This document shows positions 38,801 through 51,640 of a stretch of DNA of 64,000 nt, one piece after another. Location: positions 143,222,001 through 143,286,000 of the forward strand of contig NC_086097.1 in the NCBI RefSeq assembly GCF_963921235.1, in the 5' to 3' direction. This DNA comes from Mobula hypostoma (Eukaryota). The notes beneath the pieces were generated by a model, which was not told the origin of the DNA, ran no database searches, and saw only the letters and a list, made by a program, of their open reading frames with translations. The position numbers and the translations under genes were made by a program. Each line of letters opens with the position of its first letter. Position 1 is the first letter of the stretch.

Positions 38801-40040
38801 AACTCGTCTGCCTCTTTTACAATACTACTTGCATTGAAATATACACAGTTCAGAACACTAGTCGTACCATGCTCAACCTTTTGATTCCTGACTTTGTCTG
38901 AGGTCTTAATAACATCTTTCTCCACAGCCTCTCCACTATCTGTTCTGGCACTCTGGTAACCACCCCCTTGCAATGCTGGTTTAAACCCCATCGTGCAATG
39001 CTAGGATATTAATCCCCTTCCAGTTCAGGTGCAAGCCATCTCTTCTGTACAGATCCCAACTTCCCTGGAAGAGAGCCCAATGGTCTTGAAATCTAACCCC
39101 TCCCCTCTTCCCCCCCCCCCCGCACCCACCATCTCTTTAGCCATGTTTCAAAATGTTTGATCTTCCTATTTCTGGTCTCATTAACACATGCACGGGTAGC
39201 AGTTCTGAGATAACAAATCTGTCCTTTAACTTAACACCTAACTCTTTGAACTCACTTTGCAGAATCTCATCACTCTTCTTACCTATGTCATTGGTATCTA
39301 CATGGACCATGACCTCTCGCTGCTCACACTCCCACTTGAGAATGCTGAGGACTCCATCCGAGATGTCCTGGGTCTTAGCACCTGAGAGGCAACATGTCAC
39401 CCAGGAATCTCATTCACAGAACCTCCTTTCTGTTCCCCCAACTAATGAACCCCCTATTACCACAGCCTACCTCTTCTCTCCCCATCCCTTTTGAGCCACA
39501 GAGCCAGACTCAGTGCCAAAGACCTAATCACTGTGACTTTCCTCTTCTAGGTCATTCTCCCCACCCATCCCCCCAACAGTATCCAAAGTGGTATACCTAT
39601 TGAGGGGGGTGACCACAGGGTACTTTGCATTGGCTGTTTAACCCCTTTCTCCTTCCAGGCTGTCACCTAGTCTCCTAACTACTTGTATGTGTCCTATCCA
39701 TCACTCTTAGCCTCCCCAAAAGGTCCACAGTTAATCAAGTTCCAGCTCCAACTCCTTATGTGCAGTGTTAGAAGCTGCGGCTGGATGCAATTCCTGCAGG
39801 TGAAGTCGTTACCTATACTGGAGGTCTCCCTGCCTTCCCACATCCCACAAGAGGAGCACTCAACTATCCTGCCTGGCATCCTTACTGTTTGAATTGTGCA
39901 AATATAAAGAAGGGAGCAATAAATAAACTGGGGAAAAGTGTATACCTGTAGCTTTTTTGTCTTTACTCCCTCAAGGCTCTCCTCTCTGAAGCCTCGAAGA
40001 GCTAAAGCTTCAAATAACCACTCAAACATTCCTTACTCCA
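35810..40040 (-). mobile_element. Long degenerate CR1 LINE (ORF1 zinc finger and esterase, EN, RT)
   Basis: ECSSCGMWE..CRNC, VHVDTNDIG, YFNASSI, KAFDKVPH, EVPQGLVPG. Confidence 0.85.
36189..37011 (+). mobile_element. Solo LTR (823 bp), probably Gypsy-type, inserted in CR1 RT
   Basis: TGTAATGCCCT...AGGGTTGCA termini; 4-bp TSD TAGA at 36185-36188 and 37012-37015; removing it restores continuous CR1 sequence. Confidence 0.8.
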
Positions 40041-40289
40041 ACAATTTCTGCTCAGCTTGTCTCTGTCTTGTTTTAATTGTTCTTGCCAATCAATCCAAGT
40101 CACTGATTGTCCACTGTTCAAATACCAGACTGCTGTGAATCAATGCCTTATGTCCTAAAGTGAGCTACATATTCTCATGCACCCAAATTGCTGATTGGCT
40201 GTTTCCTTTTAATTCTTTCATCTTTTACCTTAATTCTGTGCCTTCAGTTGATCCTTTACTGGGGGTGGGGGGGTGGGGAGAGGAGGAGA

Positions 40290-40860
40290 CTGCTCATTTC
40301 CCCATCTGTCTGTCATGATTTTAAACACCTCCAAGGTCAACCCTTGATCTCCTGTGCTCCAACAAATCAAGTCTTCACCAGCTTATACCCTTCCCTATAA
40401 CTTGGGCCCAAAGATCCTGGTAATGTTCCTGTGAATCATTCCACTCTTTTCAGCTTCCTGTAACAAGATAACCAAAGATGTACACAATCTATGTGTGGCC
40501 CCACCAGCATCTTGTGCAACTGCCCCACAACATCCCAAATATTGTACTTAGAGCGCTGACTCATGAAGGCTGAGTGCCAAATGCCTTTTTCACCACTCTA
40601 TTGACTTGTGATGTCACTTTCACATGACTATGTATTTGTACTCTTGCGTTCCTCTGTTCTTTAACACTGTATCTAGAGCTCTACCTTTTAATGATGGAAG
40701 TCCTACCTTGGTCTGGCTTGCCAAAATGCATCACCTTGCACATAGCTGGATTGAATACCATTTGACATTTTGCAGCTACGTGCCTAGTTGATCAAGATTC
40801 CCTTGTAACATTTGTCAACATTCATTGTCTATGACACGCCTGTTAGTGTCATCTGCATGC
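40290..40860 (-). mobile_element. Old CR1 RT fragment
   Basis: gtgtcatctgca (ADDT on - strand), aaaatgcatcaccttgcac, CR1 thumb remnants. Confidence 0.55.
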
Positions 40861-41014
40861 AATTCCTTACTTGTATTCATTCCCTCGAAAGGACAAAAGG
40901 CAATGATACATGAAGAGGACAAACACAAAATAATCTGCAGATACTGGGGTCAAAGCAACACTCACAACACGCTGGAGGAACTCAACAGGTCGGGCAGCAT
41001 CCGTGGAAAAGATC

Positions 41015-41050
41015 GGTCGACGTTTCAGGATGGAACCCTTCGTCAGGACT
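41015..41050 (-). ncRNA. Minimal hammerhead ribozyme motif
   Basis: Reverse complement agtc-CTGACGA-agggttccatcct-GAAA-cg-TC/gacc. Confidence 0.7.
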
Positions 41051-42702
41051 GTAGGGGGAAGGGGCAGAGGCCATATAAAGAAGGTGGGGGGAGGGTGGGA
41101 AGGAGAAGGCTGGTAGGTTCCAGGTGAAAAACCAGTAAGGGGAAAGATAAAGAGGTGGGGGAAGGGAGGCAGGTAGGTGATAGGCAGGAAAGATGAAGAA
41201 AGAATAGGGGAAAACACAATGGGTAGTAGAAGGAGGTGGAACCGTGAGGGAGGTGATAGGCAGCTGGGGGAGGGGGCAGAGTGACATAGGGATAGGGGAA
41301 GGGAGGGGAAGGGAATTACCGGAAGTTGGAGAATTCTATGTTCATACCAAGGGGCTGGAGACTACCTGGACGGTATATGAGGTGTTACTCCTCCAACCTG
41401 AGCTTAGCCTCATCATGGCAGTAGAGGAGGCCATGTATGGACATATCTGAATGGGAGTGAGAAGCAGAGTTACTGGGAGATCCTGTCTGTTTTGGCGGAC
41501 GGAGCGGAGGTGCTCGAGGAAGCGGTCCCCAATTTGCGTCGGGTTTCACCGATGTAGAGGAGGCAGCACCGGATGCAATAGATGACCCCAACAGACTCAC
41601 AAGTGAAGTGTTGCCTCACTTGGAAGTACTGTTTGGGGCCCTGAATGGTGGCAAGAGAGGAAGTGTAGGGACAGGTGTAGCACTTGCGCTTACAGGGATA
41701 AGTGCCGGGTGGGAGATCCGTGGGGAGGGACGTGTGGACCAGGGAGTCGCGGCGGGACCGATCTCTGCGGAACGCGGAGACGGAAAGACGTGCTTAGTGG
41801 TGGGGTCCTGTTGAAGGTGGCGGAAGTTGCGAAGGATAATGTGTTGGATCTGGAGGGATCTTGGGCCTTCTACCTGCACTCGATCTTTTTATCTCCATCT
41901 GTCGCCGAGACATCAACTGTCTCAACTTCACTACTCCTCTCTCCTGTTCCAACCTCACTCCTTCTGAACGCACTGCCCTCCACTCTCTCCACACTAACCC
42001 CAACCTCACCATCAAACCCGCTGACAAAGGTGGTGCTGTAGTAGTCTGGCGGACCGACCTCTACCTCACTGAGGCCAAACGGCAGCTCTTTGACACCTCC
42101 TCTTACTTACCTACTTACTTACTTACTTACCCCTGGAACAGGACCCCACCAAAAAACATCAAACCATTGTCTCCCTCAGCCACTAAACTCATAATTCCCA
42201 CACCCCGTACCGCTCGGTTTTACCTCCTTCCCAAGATCCACAAGCCTGACTGTCCCGGCAGACCCATAGTTTCTGCCTGCTCCTGTCCCACCGAACTTGT
42301 ATCTGCCTACCTGGACTCCATTTTGTCACCCATAGTTCAGTCTCTCCACACCTACATCTGGGATACATCCCATGCCCTCCACCTCTTCAATAACTTCCAG
42401 TTTCCCGGTCCCAACCACTTCATTTTCACTATGGATGTCCAATCCCTATACACCTCCATTTCCCATCAAGAAGGCCTCAAAGCCCTCCGCTACTTTCTGG
42501 ATAATAGACCTCACCAGTTCCCCACCACCACTACCGTTCTCCGGTTGGCAGAACTGGTTCTCACAATCAATAACTTCTCTTTTGGCTCTTCCCACTTTCT
42601 TCAGACCAAGGGTGTAGCTATGGGAACTTCGCATGCGCCCTGGCTATGCCTGCCTCTTCGTTGGTTATGTGGAACAGTCTGTGCTCCAAACCTATTCTGG
42701 TA

Positions 42703-43352
42703 TATTGGCGAGACCCGACGCAGACTGGGAGACCCCTTTGCTGAACATCTACGCTCTGTCCGCCAGAGAAAGCAGGATCTCCCAGTGGCCACACATTTTA
42801 ATTCCACATCCCATTCCCATTCTGACATGTCTATCCACGGCCTCCTCTACTGTAAAGATGAAGCCACACTCAGGTTGGAGGAACAACACCTTATATTCCG
42901 TCTGGGTAGCCTCCAACCTGATGGCATGAACATCGACTTCTCTAACTTCCGCTAAGGCCCCACCTCCCCCTTGTACCCCATCTGTTACTTATTTTTATGC
43001 ACACATTCTTTCTCTCACTCTCCTTTTTCTCCCTCTGTCCCTCTGAATATACCTCTTGCCCATCCTCTGGGTCCCCCCCCCCCACCCTCCTTGTCTTTCT
43101 TCCCGGACCTCCTGTCCCATGATCCTCTCGTATCCCCTTTTGCCTATCACCTGTCCAGCTCTTGGCTCTATCCCTCCCCCTCCTGTCTTCTATCATTTTG
43201 GATCTCCCCCTCCCCCTCCAACTCTCAAATCCCTTACTCACTCTTCCTTCAGTTAGTCCTGACGAAGGGTCTCGGCCTGAAACATCGACTGCGCCTCTTC
43301 CTACAGATGCTGCCTGGCCTGCTGCATTCACCAGCAACTTTGATGTGTGTTG
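42703..43352 (+). mobile_element. Second PLE family 3' fragment nested in the RT of the first
   Basis: 11-bp TSD ctattctggta at 42692-42702 and 43353-43363; YIGETRRRL..EHLRS..GMNIDFSNFR*. Confidence 0.9.
43255..43290 (+). ncRNA. Hammerhead motif with stem III CG>CA change
   Basis: agtc-CTGACGA-agggtctcggcct-GAAA-ca-TC/gact. Confidence 0.65.
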
Positions 43353-44673
43353 CTATTCTGGTACTGCTCCCTAACTTTTCCTTCGGTACATTGACGACTA
43401 CATTGGTGCTGCTTCCTGCACCCATGCTGAGCTCGTCAATTTCATCAACTTTACTTCTAACTTCCACCAAGCCCTCAAATTCACTTGGTCTATCTCGGAC
43501 ACTTCTCTCCCCTTTCTTGATCTCTCGGTCTCCATCTCTGGAGACAGACTGTTCACTGACATCTTCTACAAGCCCACTGACTCTCATAACTACCTCAACT
43601 GTACCTCTTCCCACCCCGCCACATGCAAAAATGCCATTCCCTATTCCCAGTTCCTCCGTCTCCGCCGCATCTGCTCCGAGGATGAGGTTTTCCGTTCCAG
43701 GACATCTCAAATGTCCTCTTTCTTTAAGGATCGTGGTTTCCCTTCTGCTGTCATCAATGATGCCCTCACCCGCATCTCCTCCATTTCCCGCACTTCGGCT
43801 CTCACCCCATCCTTCCGCCACCACAACAGAGACAGAGTTCCCCTTGTCCACACCTACCACCCCACTAGCTTCCGGATCCAACACATTATCCTCCGCAAGT
43901 TCCGCCACCTTCAACAGGACCCCACCACTAAGCGTATCTTTCCCTCTCCGCCTTCCGCAGGGATCGGTCCCTCCGCGACTCCCTGGTCCACACGTCCCTC
44001 CCCACGGATCTCCCACCCGGCACTTATCCCTGTAAGCACAAGTGCTACACCTGTCCCTACACCACCTCTCTTGCCACCATTCAGGGCCCCAAACAGTACT
44101 TCCAAGTGAGGCAACACTTCGCTTGTGAGTCTGTTGGGGTCATCTATTGCATCCGGTGCTCCCGGTGCGGCCTCCTTTACGTCGGTGAAACCCGACGCAG
44201 ATTGGAGGACTGCTTCGTCGAGCACCTCCACTCCGTCCGCCAAAACAGACAGGATCTCCCAGTAACTTTGCTTCTCACTCCCATTCAGATATGTCCATAC
44301 ATGGCCTCCTCTACTGCCATAATGAGGCTAAACTCAGGTTGGAGGAGCAAAACCTCATATACCGTCTAGGTAGTCTCCAGCCCCTTGGTATGAACATAGA
44401 ATTCTCCAACTTCCGGTAATTCCCTCCCCCTCCCTTCCCCTATCCCTTTGTCACTCTGCCCCCACCCCCAGCTGCCTACCACCTCCCTCTTGGTTCCGCC
44501 TCCTTCTACTACCCATTGTGTTTTCCCCTATTCTTTCTTCATCTTTCCTGCCTATCACCTCCCTGCCTCCCTTCCCCCACCTCTTTATCTTTCCCCTTAC
44601 TGGTTTTTCACCTGGAACCTACCAGCCTTCTCCTTCCCACCTTCTTTATAGGGCATCTGCCCCTTCCCCCTAC

Positions 44674-44709
44674 AGTTCTGACGAAGGGTTCCAGCCTGAA
44701 ACGTCGACC
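44674..44709 (+). ncRNA. Minimal hammerhead ribozyme motif
   Basis: agtt-CTGACGA-agggttccagcct-GAAA-cg-TC/gacc. Confidence 0.7.
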
Positions 44710-46265
44710 GATCTTTTCCACGGATGCTGCCCGACCTGCTGAGTTCCTCCAGCGTGTTGTGAGTGTTGCTTAAACCTGTCTTTTGTCCTCTTCAGGAAAT
44801 TGAAAGAGATCTTTGGCTAAATTCCTTTTGCTGGTAGGAACATGGAATGATCTTTTGGAATTGATGGTAGAGGCAGCTACAGTACAGTTACTATATGTCA
44901 GATAATTGGACAGGTATGTGAATAGGGAAGTTTTATAGGTTGGCATAAGTGACTAGGGTTGAACAGCTGTTTCTGTGATGTATATATGTATGAATACAGT
45001 CAAGGATAAAACTTCCATTTATGAAACATCAGCTTAGCTAAACAATCCTAAAGCATTTCACAGACTTATCAAAAACAAAAATGTGCAGTTACATAAAGCT
45101 AGTTGACTAAATACTGGGTAAGAGTGAAACATTTCAAGGAGTATATAGATTGAGAGGCAGATGGGTTTTCTATTGTGTGTCTCTGTATTGTATATTGTGT
45201 TGCGTGTTTATTACGGGTGATTTGTTATGTGGGTTGGGGTGTGGTAGAAGTGAAGAGTATAGTTACGTACTCATGCTTTGTTTTTAGTTCAAGTTTTAGG
45301 CTGGTTAGAGGCAGCCGGGAATATTTTTTCATTGACCACTTCGCTTATCGTTTAATTACACTTAAGACGGCTTGGTTTAAGTACTTTTGAATATGCTTAG
45401 ACTGTTTATTTCATTAGTCTTAGTTTCATTCATTTTATTATTTCAAGACAGTTGATTTTATTGGTCTCTCAGTAAGGGATTGAGCATACTGTATGTACTT
45501 TCACCAACTTGCATCTTATTTGTGGAGAGCGTGTCATACAGTGTCAAACATCTATGCTTAGCCTCTGAGCGCTTTTGGTTTGTTTGAAAGAAACCACTGT
45601 AGAATTATAGATACTGTCTTGGTAGATGGAGAGGTGACAGGATGATTGAGAAATTAAATCTGAGAGATGATTAGAAGAGAATATCTAATCCTATTCTTAT
45701 TCCTATTTTCTTCATCATCATTTCGACAGAACAGTACTGTAGATTTTTATTGTTGTTCTGCCTTCGGAAGCTGATCCCTGCATTTCAGACCTCTTGTTTG
45801 TTGTGTTATTACTTTGGCTTAACTTTAAAACATTTAATATTGAAATGATATTTGCTGCTTTTAAGTGACAGAATTGGGTTTATTATCACTATGTGGTGAA
45901 ATGGATTGGTTTGTGGCAGCAGTACTGAGTATGACAAAAATTACAAAGTTACAGAACTAAAGAAATATTCCTGTAACTCTTTCCTGATGGTAGTAATGCA
46001 AATAGGTCATTTCCCAGATGTTGAAGGCCTTTATGGATGCTGCCTTCTTGAGGCAATCCCTCTTGAAGATGTCATCAATGACAGGGAGGGTTGTGGTCAT
46101 GAAAGAATTGGTCAAGTCTACAACCCTCTGCAGCCTCTTGCGATCCTGTGCATTGTATTTATGCACCAATTCGCAGTATAATAAGGAAATAATTTAGGAA
46201 GTGTGGAAAAAATACATTTTTATAAAAGACACTTGGAAACATGGACAGAACTACAGTTTGCATGA

Positions 46266-46375
46266 AGGGTCTCGGCCTGAAACGTCGACTGCACCTCTTC
46301 CTAGAGATGCTGCTGCGTTCACCAGCAACTTTTATGTGTGTTGCTTGAATTTCCAGCATCTGCAGAATTCCTGTT
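46266..46375 (+). mobile_element. PLE 3' mini-insertion truncated in the hammerhead core
   Basis: 10-bp TSD gtttgcatga at 46256-46265 and 46376-46385. Confidence 0.85.
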
Positions 46376-46589
46376 GTTTGCATGATTCTGTCAGTTCTGC
46401 CTTGCTATATTCTGAATAATGTGTTCAAATCTCCAGAGTGGAACTCAATTCCACAAACTTCTGATCCAGTGGCAAAAACTTGCTGTTAAGCCAGGGTAAC
46501 ATCTTGATCATTCCTGATACATATTTTAAAGAACTAATTTTATATCAACTTATTTTGTATTTTTCAACTGTCTTTTGATTTTCTTCCAG

Positions 46590-46669
46590 AGAATTAAAGT
46601 TGCGCAACTATGTCCCAGAAGACAAAGAATTGAAGGAACGTCTCGTGCCCAATGTCAAACCAGCCTCAG
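46590..46669 (+). CDS. CCDC12: CCDC12 coding exon 3 (ELKLRNYVPEDKELKERLVPNVKPAS)
   Basis: Acceptor ttttcttccag, donor gttagt; 80 nt; Cwf18-domain signature LRNYVPED. Confidence 0.95.
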
Positions 46670-46999
46670 GTTAGTATCATGTGAGATGCAGCCCATGTCC
46701 AGGTCCTCTAAGTAGCTCTCTCTCACAGATATATTACTTCAAGATATCACTGTTGGATCGAAAAATCTATTTAAGAATGAAATAACAGGTTTAATGGAAG
46801 ATATTCCACTCTCTAATTCATTATGTTCAGGCAATTTTAATAGTTTGTTACTGTTGTGGACAAACAGTTTATGGCAGGAAAGACTTTTAAGTGCCATTTT
46901 TTTGTTGGTAAAATGAAAGAAATGGAAACATTTACAAATATAGGTTTTACTTGGTAAACACAATTACGTACATCAAGTATGAAATGTAATAATCTCAGG

Positions 47000-47980
47000 A
47001 GTTCAAATTTCAAAGTAAATTTATTATTAAAGTATATATGTCACCATATACAACCTCGAGATTCATTTTCTTGTGGGCGTACACAGTAAATCCAAGAAAC
47101 GGAATAGAATTAATGAAAAACTGTACCCAACTGGACGGACAAACAAGCAATGTGCAAAGTACAACAAACTGTGCAAATACAAGAGATAAAAAAATAAGAA
47201 ATAAATATAGAGAACATGAGATAGAGTTCTTAAAGTTGAGTCCGTGGTTTGTGGGAACAGTTCAGTGATGAGATAAGTGAAGGTATCCTTTCTGGTTCAA
47301 GAGCCTAATGTTTGAGGGATAATAACTTTTCCTGAACCTGGTGGTGTGGATCCTGAGACTCTTGTATCACTTTCCTGATGGCAGCAGCGAGAAGAGTATG
47401 GCCTTAGTGGTGGGAGTCCTTGATGATGGATGTTGGTTTCCTGCAACAGTGCTTCATGTAGATGTGCTCATTGTTGGGGAAGGCTTAACCTGTGATTTTC
47501 TGGGCCATATTCACTAGTTTTTGTATGGTTTTTCCAGTCAACAGCATTGGTGTTTCTCTGCCAGGCTCTGATGCAACCAGTGTTGCTCTCTACCACACAT
47601 CTATAGAAGTTTGTCAAAGTTTTAGATTTCATGCTGAATCTTTGCTAACTTCTAAGGAAGTAAAGGTACTGCTGTGCTTTCTTCATAATTGCACTTGTGT
47701 GCTGGGCTCAGGACAGATCTTCTGAAATAATAATATTGAGGAATTTTAAGTTGCTGACCCTCTCCACCTCTGATCTCCCGACGTGGACTGGCTCACAAAC
47801 CTTCGGTTTCCTCCTCCTGAAGTCAATAACAAGCTTCTTGATCTTACTGACATTGGGTGAGAGGCAGTGGTTGTTGTGGCACCACTCAGCTAGATTTCTG
47901 TCTCTCTCCAATATACTGAATTGTCACCATCTTTGATTCGGCCAACAACAGTGGTGTCATCAGCAAATATAAATATGGCA
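47000..47980 (-). mobile_element. Rex1/Babar 3' fragment
   Basis: FADDTTVVG, EWCHNNHCLSPNVSKIKKLVIDFRR. Confidence 0.8.
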
Positions 47981-48494
47981 CCTCGATGTTGAATGGATAG
48001 ATTGTTTTGTGATTTCGACAACATTTAGTTCTGTGTGCTGAATTTGGTGCAAAATAGTATTTTCCTTTATTTCAACTTCTAATCATAAAGAGAAAGTTCA
48101 AGCATTATAGCTTGAACGGTTTACTTCCCACAAAGGCATGTTCTCTGAGTCTTGAATCTCGACCCCAACTTGTGTAAATTGGTTCTTGTACCATCCCAAG
48201 TTTGGGTAAGGAGTTCCAGAAAATGCTCACTTCCTTTCTTTCTGTTCTCCAATGGAAATATTACACATTGAGTGCTTAGTTCAGGTCTTCATCCTATTCT
48301 AGCTAGACGTAACTTCATCTTATATTTGCAAATATGCAGCTACTTGTTTATTGGCACGAGGGCAGTGAGCTGTTTTCACTCACTCGCTTGCCCTCGTCCT
48401 CCTTAGGTGGTTGCTTTAACCGTGTGACTTACAGAGCGCTGAATTCAATTCTTCATCTGTTCATGGCTATTTACTGTAATTTTTGTGTTCACAG

Positions 48495-48556
48495 TTGAAG
48501 ATAAGGTGAAAGACCAGCTTGAAGCAGGGAAGCCTGAACCTGTCATTGAAGAAGTG
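48495..48556 (+). CDS. CCDC12: CCDC12 coding exon 4 (VEDKVKDQLEAGKPEPVIEEV)
   Basis: Acceptor ttttgtgttcacag, donor gtacgt; 62 nt, in frame with exons 3 and 5. Confidence 0.95.
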
Positions 48557-50747
48557 GTACGTCATTTCTTTTGGAGTAAATTAGGATCTCACTTTAAACT
48601 TAACCCTTTGGAAAAGCCGATAACAAGGAAAACTGGATAGTACTTCATTAGCTCTGTATTAAAGTAGCTCAAAATATGATCATAAGACCATGCTGGTCCA
48701 AAGTATCGGTGCTCCAGGGCTTGGGAAAAGAAAAATCACCTGATAGCGGAAGCAGTAAATAACTAAATACATTGCATAACAGAAATTCAGGACTAGATTT
48801 GCATTTAGTGTAGTTCACTACTGTGCAGATGTACTGTGTAGGCCTACATGTAGGCCAACAATGGTCAAAATGCCACAAAAGGACTATTGTTGGAACTGTT
48901 GAGCCACAAGTTACTGTTAGTAATTAAGGAGCAACAATTGTAAACTAACAGACAAGTTAACACCAGGAATTTACCTGATGCCAGTGTTTTATGAAATGCA
49001 GAAATCTGAGTTTTAAAGATTGACAGATGATGTAGTTGAAGTAAAAATCCTGAGGGAAATCTGGAAATATTTCAAAAGGGGCAGGCAGCATCTGCAGAGA
49101 TACATGTTTCAGATTGACCGATAAGTACTGAAATTAGTGCAGTCGTTCTTTGATAATCCATTGTTAGAACTTTGGAGTGGCTGATTTTCCAGACTTTTGG
49201 ATGTTATTTCTGTTGATACCCCAAAAACGCTTTTTAAGATGTTACACAATAACAATAAATATTGCAGTGAACTGAGCTGAAAGGGAACATGGGAATTGGG
49301 GCACTGGCCGGTTTCAAGGGGGTTAAAACCAGGGCAGGGCATTTTCAAGGGAATACTGCAAATGACACCCAGTCATGGATGCTGAGCCAATGAATTTCTG
49401 AATATTGGTAGTGGATTATTGGAGTCTTCCTCGTTCATTTTAACCACAAAAAAAGTAATTGAAACAGGGAGCTTGGTCTCTTAACATCTTGTTGTGGAGA
49501 GGAAATACATAAGGCTAGGTGTAGCCCATATGCCCCTTTGAGTCTGTTCTATTATTTTGTATTGTGATTGAACTTCACCATCTTCAATTTCCTGCATTTG
49601 ATTAGCAAGATCTAATTGTTAGATTTGTCCTCAGTTATTCAAGAGGTAATGAAAAAAATTAAATGTCATATTAACACAAATTGCCGATAAGAGTATTGGT
49701 AAGATTTCCATTGTTACGATTGCCATGTAATGTGCATTGCCTTCTTGGAATATATCACAGAAGAATTAAGCCCCCTCTTTACTTAATAGAACCAGACTTG
49801 GGTCTGATTAATGTCCATGTATGGTCAACCTGTTGGTCAATAATTAATAGAAAACAGCTTAAGAACGTTGAGAAAGAGGGACCACGAGGCTCTTCAACTC
49901 AAATATGCATTTCATATTGTGACTGAAGTTCTATATCAGGTCCGGTTTCACTTTTTCAGAAGTTATTTTGCATTTCCATTCTTGACCTGTTGCATAAGGT
50001 AATGCCATTTACCTCACTGCGCTATGCCAGTCAAAAATTGAGTAGCTTAGGTTACACCCACTAGCCAAATGTGATTACCTTGTATGTTATTGCTCTTCAA
50101 GTGCTAATCCAAATGTCTTTTAAATCTAATGAATGCTTTTTCCTTCATGCTTTGTGAGGCATTAAGTTCCATGTTCACATTACTATTTGAGAGGAAGTGT
50201 TTTTAACTAACCTTTATTCCTATAATTGAACAAAAACCTGTAGATTGATGACTCCATTTAGGTTGTTGTGCTTGTGAATTAAGTAATCTGTGCCTCTGTT
50301 TGAAAGAAAACCACTGCCCTTTGTCCCTATAACCCTCACAACCACAAATTTCCAGCCTAGAAGCTTAAATGCAATCATTTTTGTTGCATTCCTAATGTTA
50401 AATCTTCTTGAAATGTGTATAATAATCTACCTGAGGCCTTAAAGTAGTTTATACAGTTACAACATGATCTCTTGTTTTTGCATTCTATCCTGACCTCTAA
50501 AGGTAAGCATCTGACTGCCACTATTTTGTTTCCTGTGTTGTCTCCTTTGAGGATTCGTGGATGTAGATCACAAAGTCCTTCTGTTCTTCTGTACTTTCCT
50601 AATTTTAATCGATTCACCCCTTTTGTCTTACATTGAGTCATGCTGCTTCAGATTGAATTCCATTTCTCACTTTTACTAATTCTCTCTAAACTAATCTATT
50701 GGTACCTCACTGTCAACCACATGGTCAGTTTTGCCTTTTTTTTTGCT

Positions 50748-50952
50748 GAGCTGGCTGGTGATGTAGTAGCCTCAGACTTCGAGATGAGTGGTCCTGGGTT
50801 CAAATCTGGCCAGCCTCTTGCACGTTTTCCATCCAGGCTGAGTTGAGATGGAGCTAACAATTCGGCCTCATAAAAAAACAACCAAGTGCAAAGGAAATGG
50901 CAAGGTTGCCACCTGGTGCACCACAGTGCGTGGAGAGGAACAACAACAACAA
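50748..50952 (+). mobile_element. tRNA-derived SINE with (CAA)n tail
   Basis: B box GGGTTCAAATC; homologous to the copy at 62430-62638. Confidence 0.7.
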
Positions 50953-51264
50953 AAAAAGCTTTGCTTTGACTATCAGACTTGAGGGGCCAAATTACCCAAT
51001 TCTGCTCCTGTGTTATTGTCCTTTCATGTCTGTCATTTCCAATATTCTGTGTTATTCTTCCTAAGTATTGATGTATCATCTCCCTCCATGAAAATAAATG
51101 CAGTAAATTAATTCCAAAAATCCCCACCTCAATCTGCTTACTGATCAATTAAATGATCTGTAATGATTTACAGATGCCCTTGATTTTATGCCCTTGCCAC
51201 TCTTTTTCTTCCTAATTTCATAGCTTGGATTTTATTTTTAACTTGTTTTTTCAGGACTGGTAGC

Positions 51265-51640
51265 ATTCATCATCCTCATCATCATCATGTGCCTTGTCGT
51301 ATGATGTGGGAGATCATCGTCTCTTGACCATAATTGTTCTTGGCAAGTTGCTCTACAGAAGTAGTTTGCTACTGCCTTCTGGGTAATGTCTTTACAATAC
51401 AGGTGACCCCAGCTATTATCAATACTCTCAGAGGTTGGCTGCATGGCATCAGCGGTCGCATAACCAGGACTTGTGATGTGCACCAGCTGCTCTTATGACC
51501 ATCCACCCCTGTTCCCATGTCTTCACGTGACCCTGTTCGAGGGCATTAACCTTGCCCAAGAGTCACCTGCAGGCTAGTGGAGGGAAGGAGAGCCTTGCAC
51601 CTGCTTTAGTAGAGATGTTTCTCTATTCCACCACCCATGA
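51265..51640 (-). mobile_element. RTE-related non-autonomous retroposon with (GAT)n tail
   Basis: gcaaactacttctgtag..ttgccaag resembles the RTE-derived motif of Bov-A/Sauria SINEs; gatgatgat tail. Confidence 0.55.

Larger units (their letters stand above)
40921..44771. mobile_element. Penelope-like element with about 0.9-kb inverted arms and a + strand RT/GIY-YIG core
   Basis: IKPADKGGAVVV, LPKIHK, MDVQSLYT, GVAMGT, RYIDD, VIYCIRC..YVGET; arms 40953-41854 (-) and 43871-44771 (+). Confidence 0.9.

Noticed and set aside
41861..42955. 364-aa ORF that looks like a novel RT-nuclease fusion
   Set aside because: Chimera: a frameshift after GVAMGT happens to join the frame of a nested PLE bounded by an 11-bp TSD; the catalytic YIDD lies outside the ORF
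42971..44035. Long Ser/Pro-rich ORF and antisense 255-aa ORF
   Set aside because: Alternative frames of C-rich PLE sequence
48353..48460. H/ACA snoRNA
   Set aside because: No ANANNA hinge after the hairpin and no convincing second hairpin with ACA; a Rfam search would settle it
51560..51640. HDV-like ribozyme at the head of the RTE-related element
   Set aside because: I could not fit the nested double pseudoknot by eye; it needs a descriptor search on the family consensus
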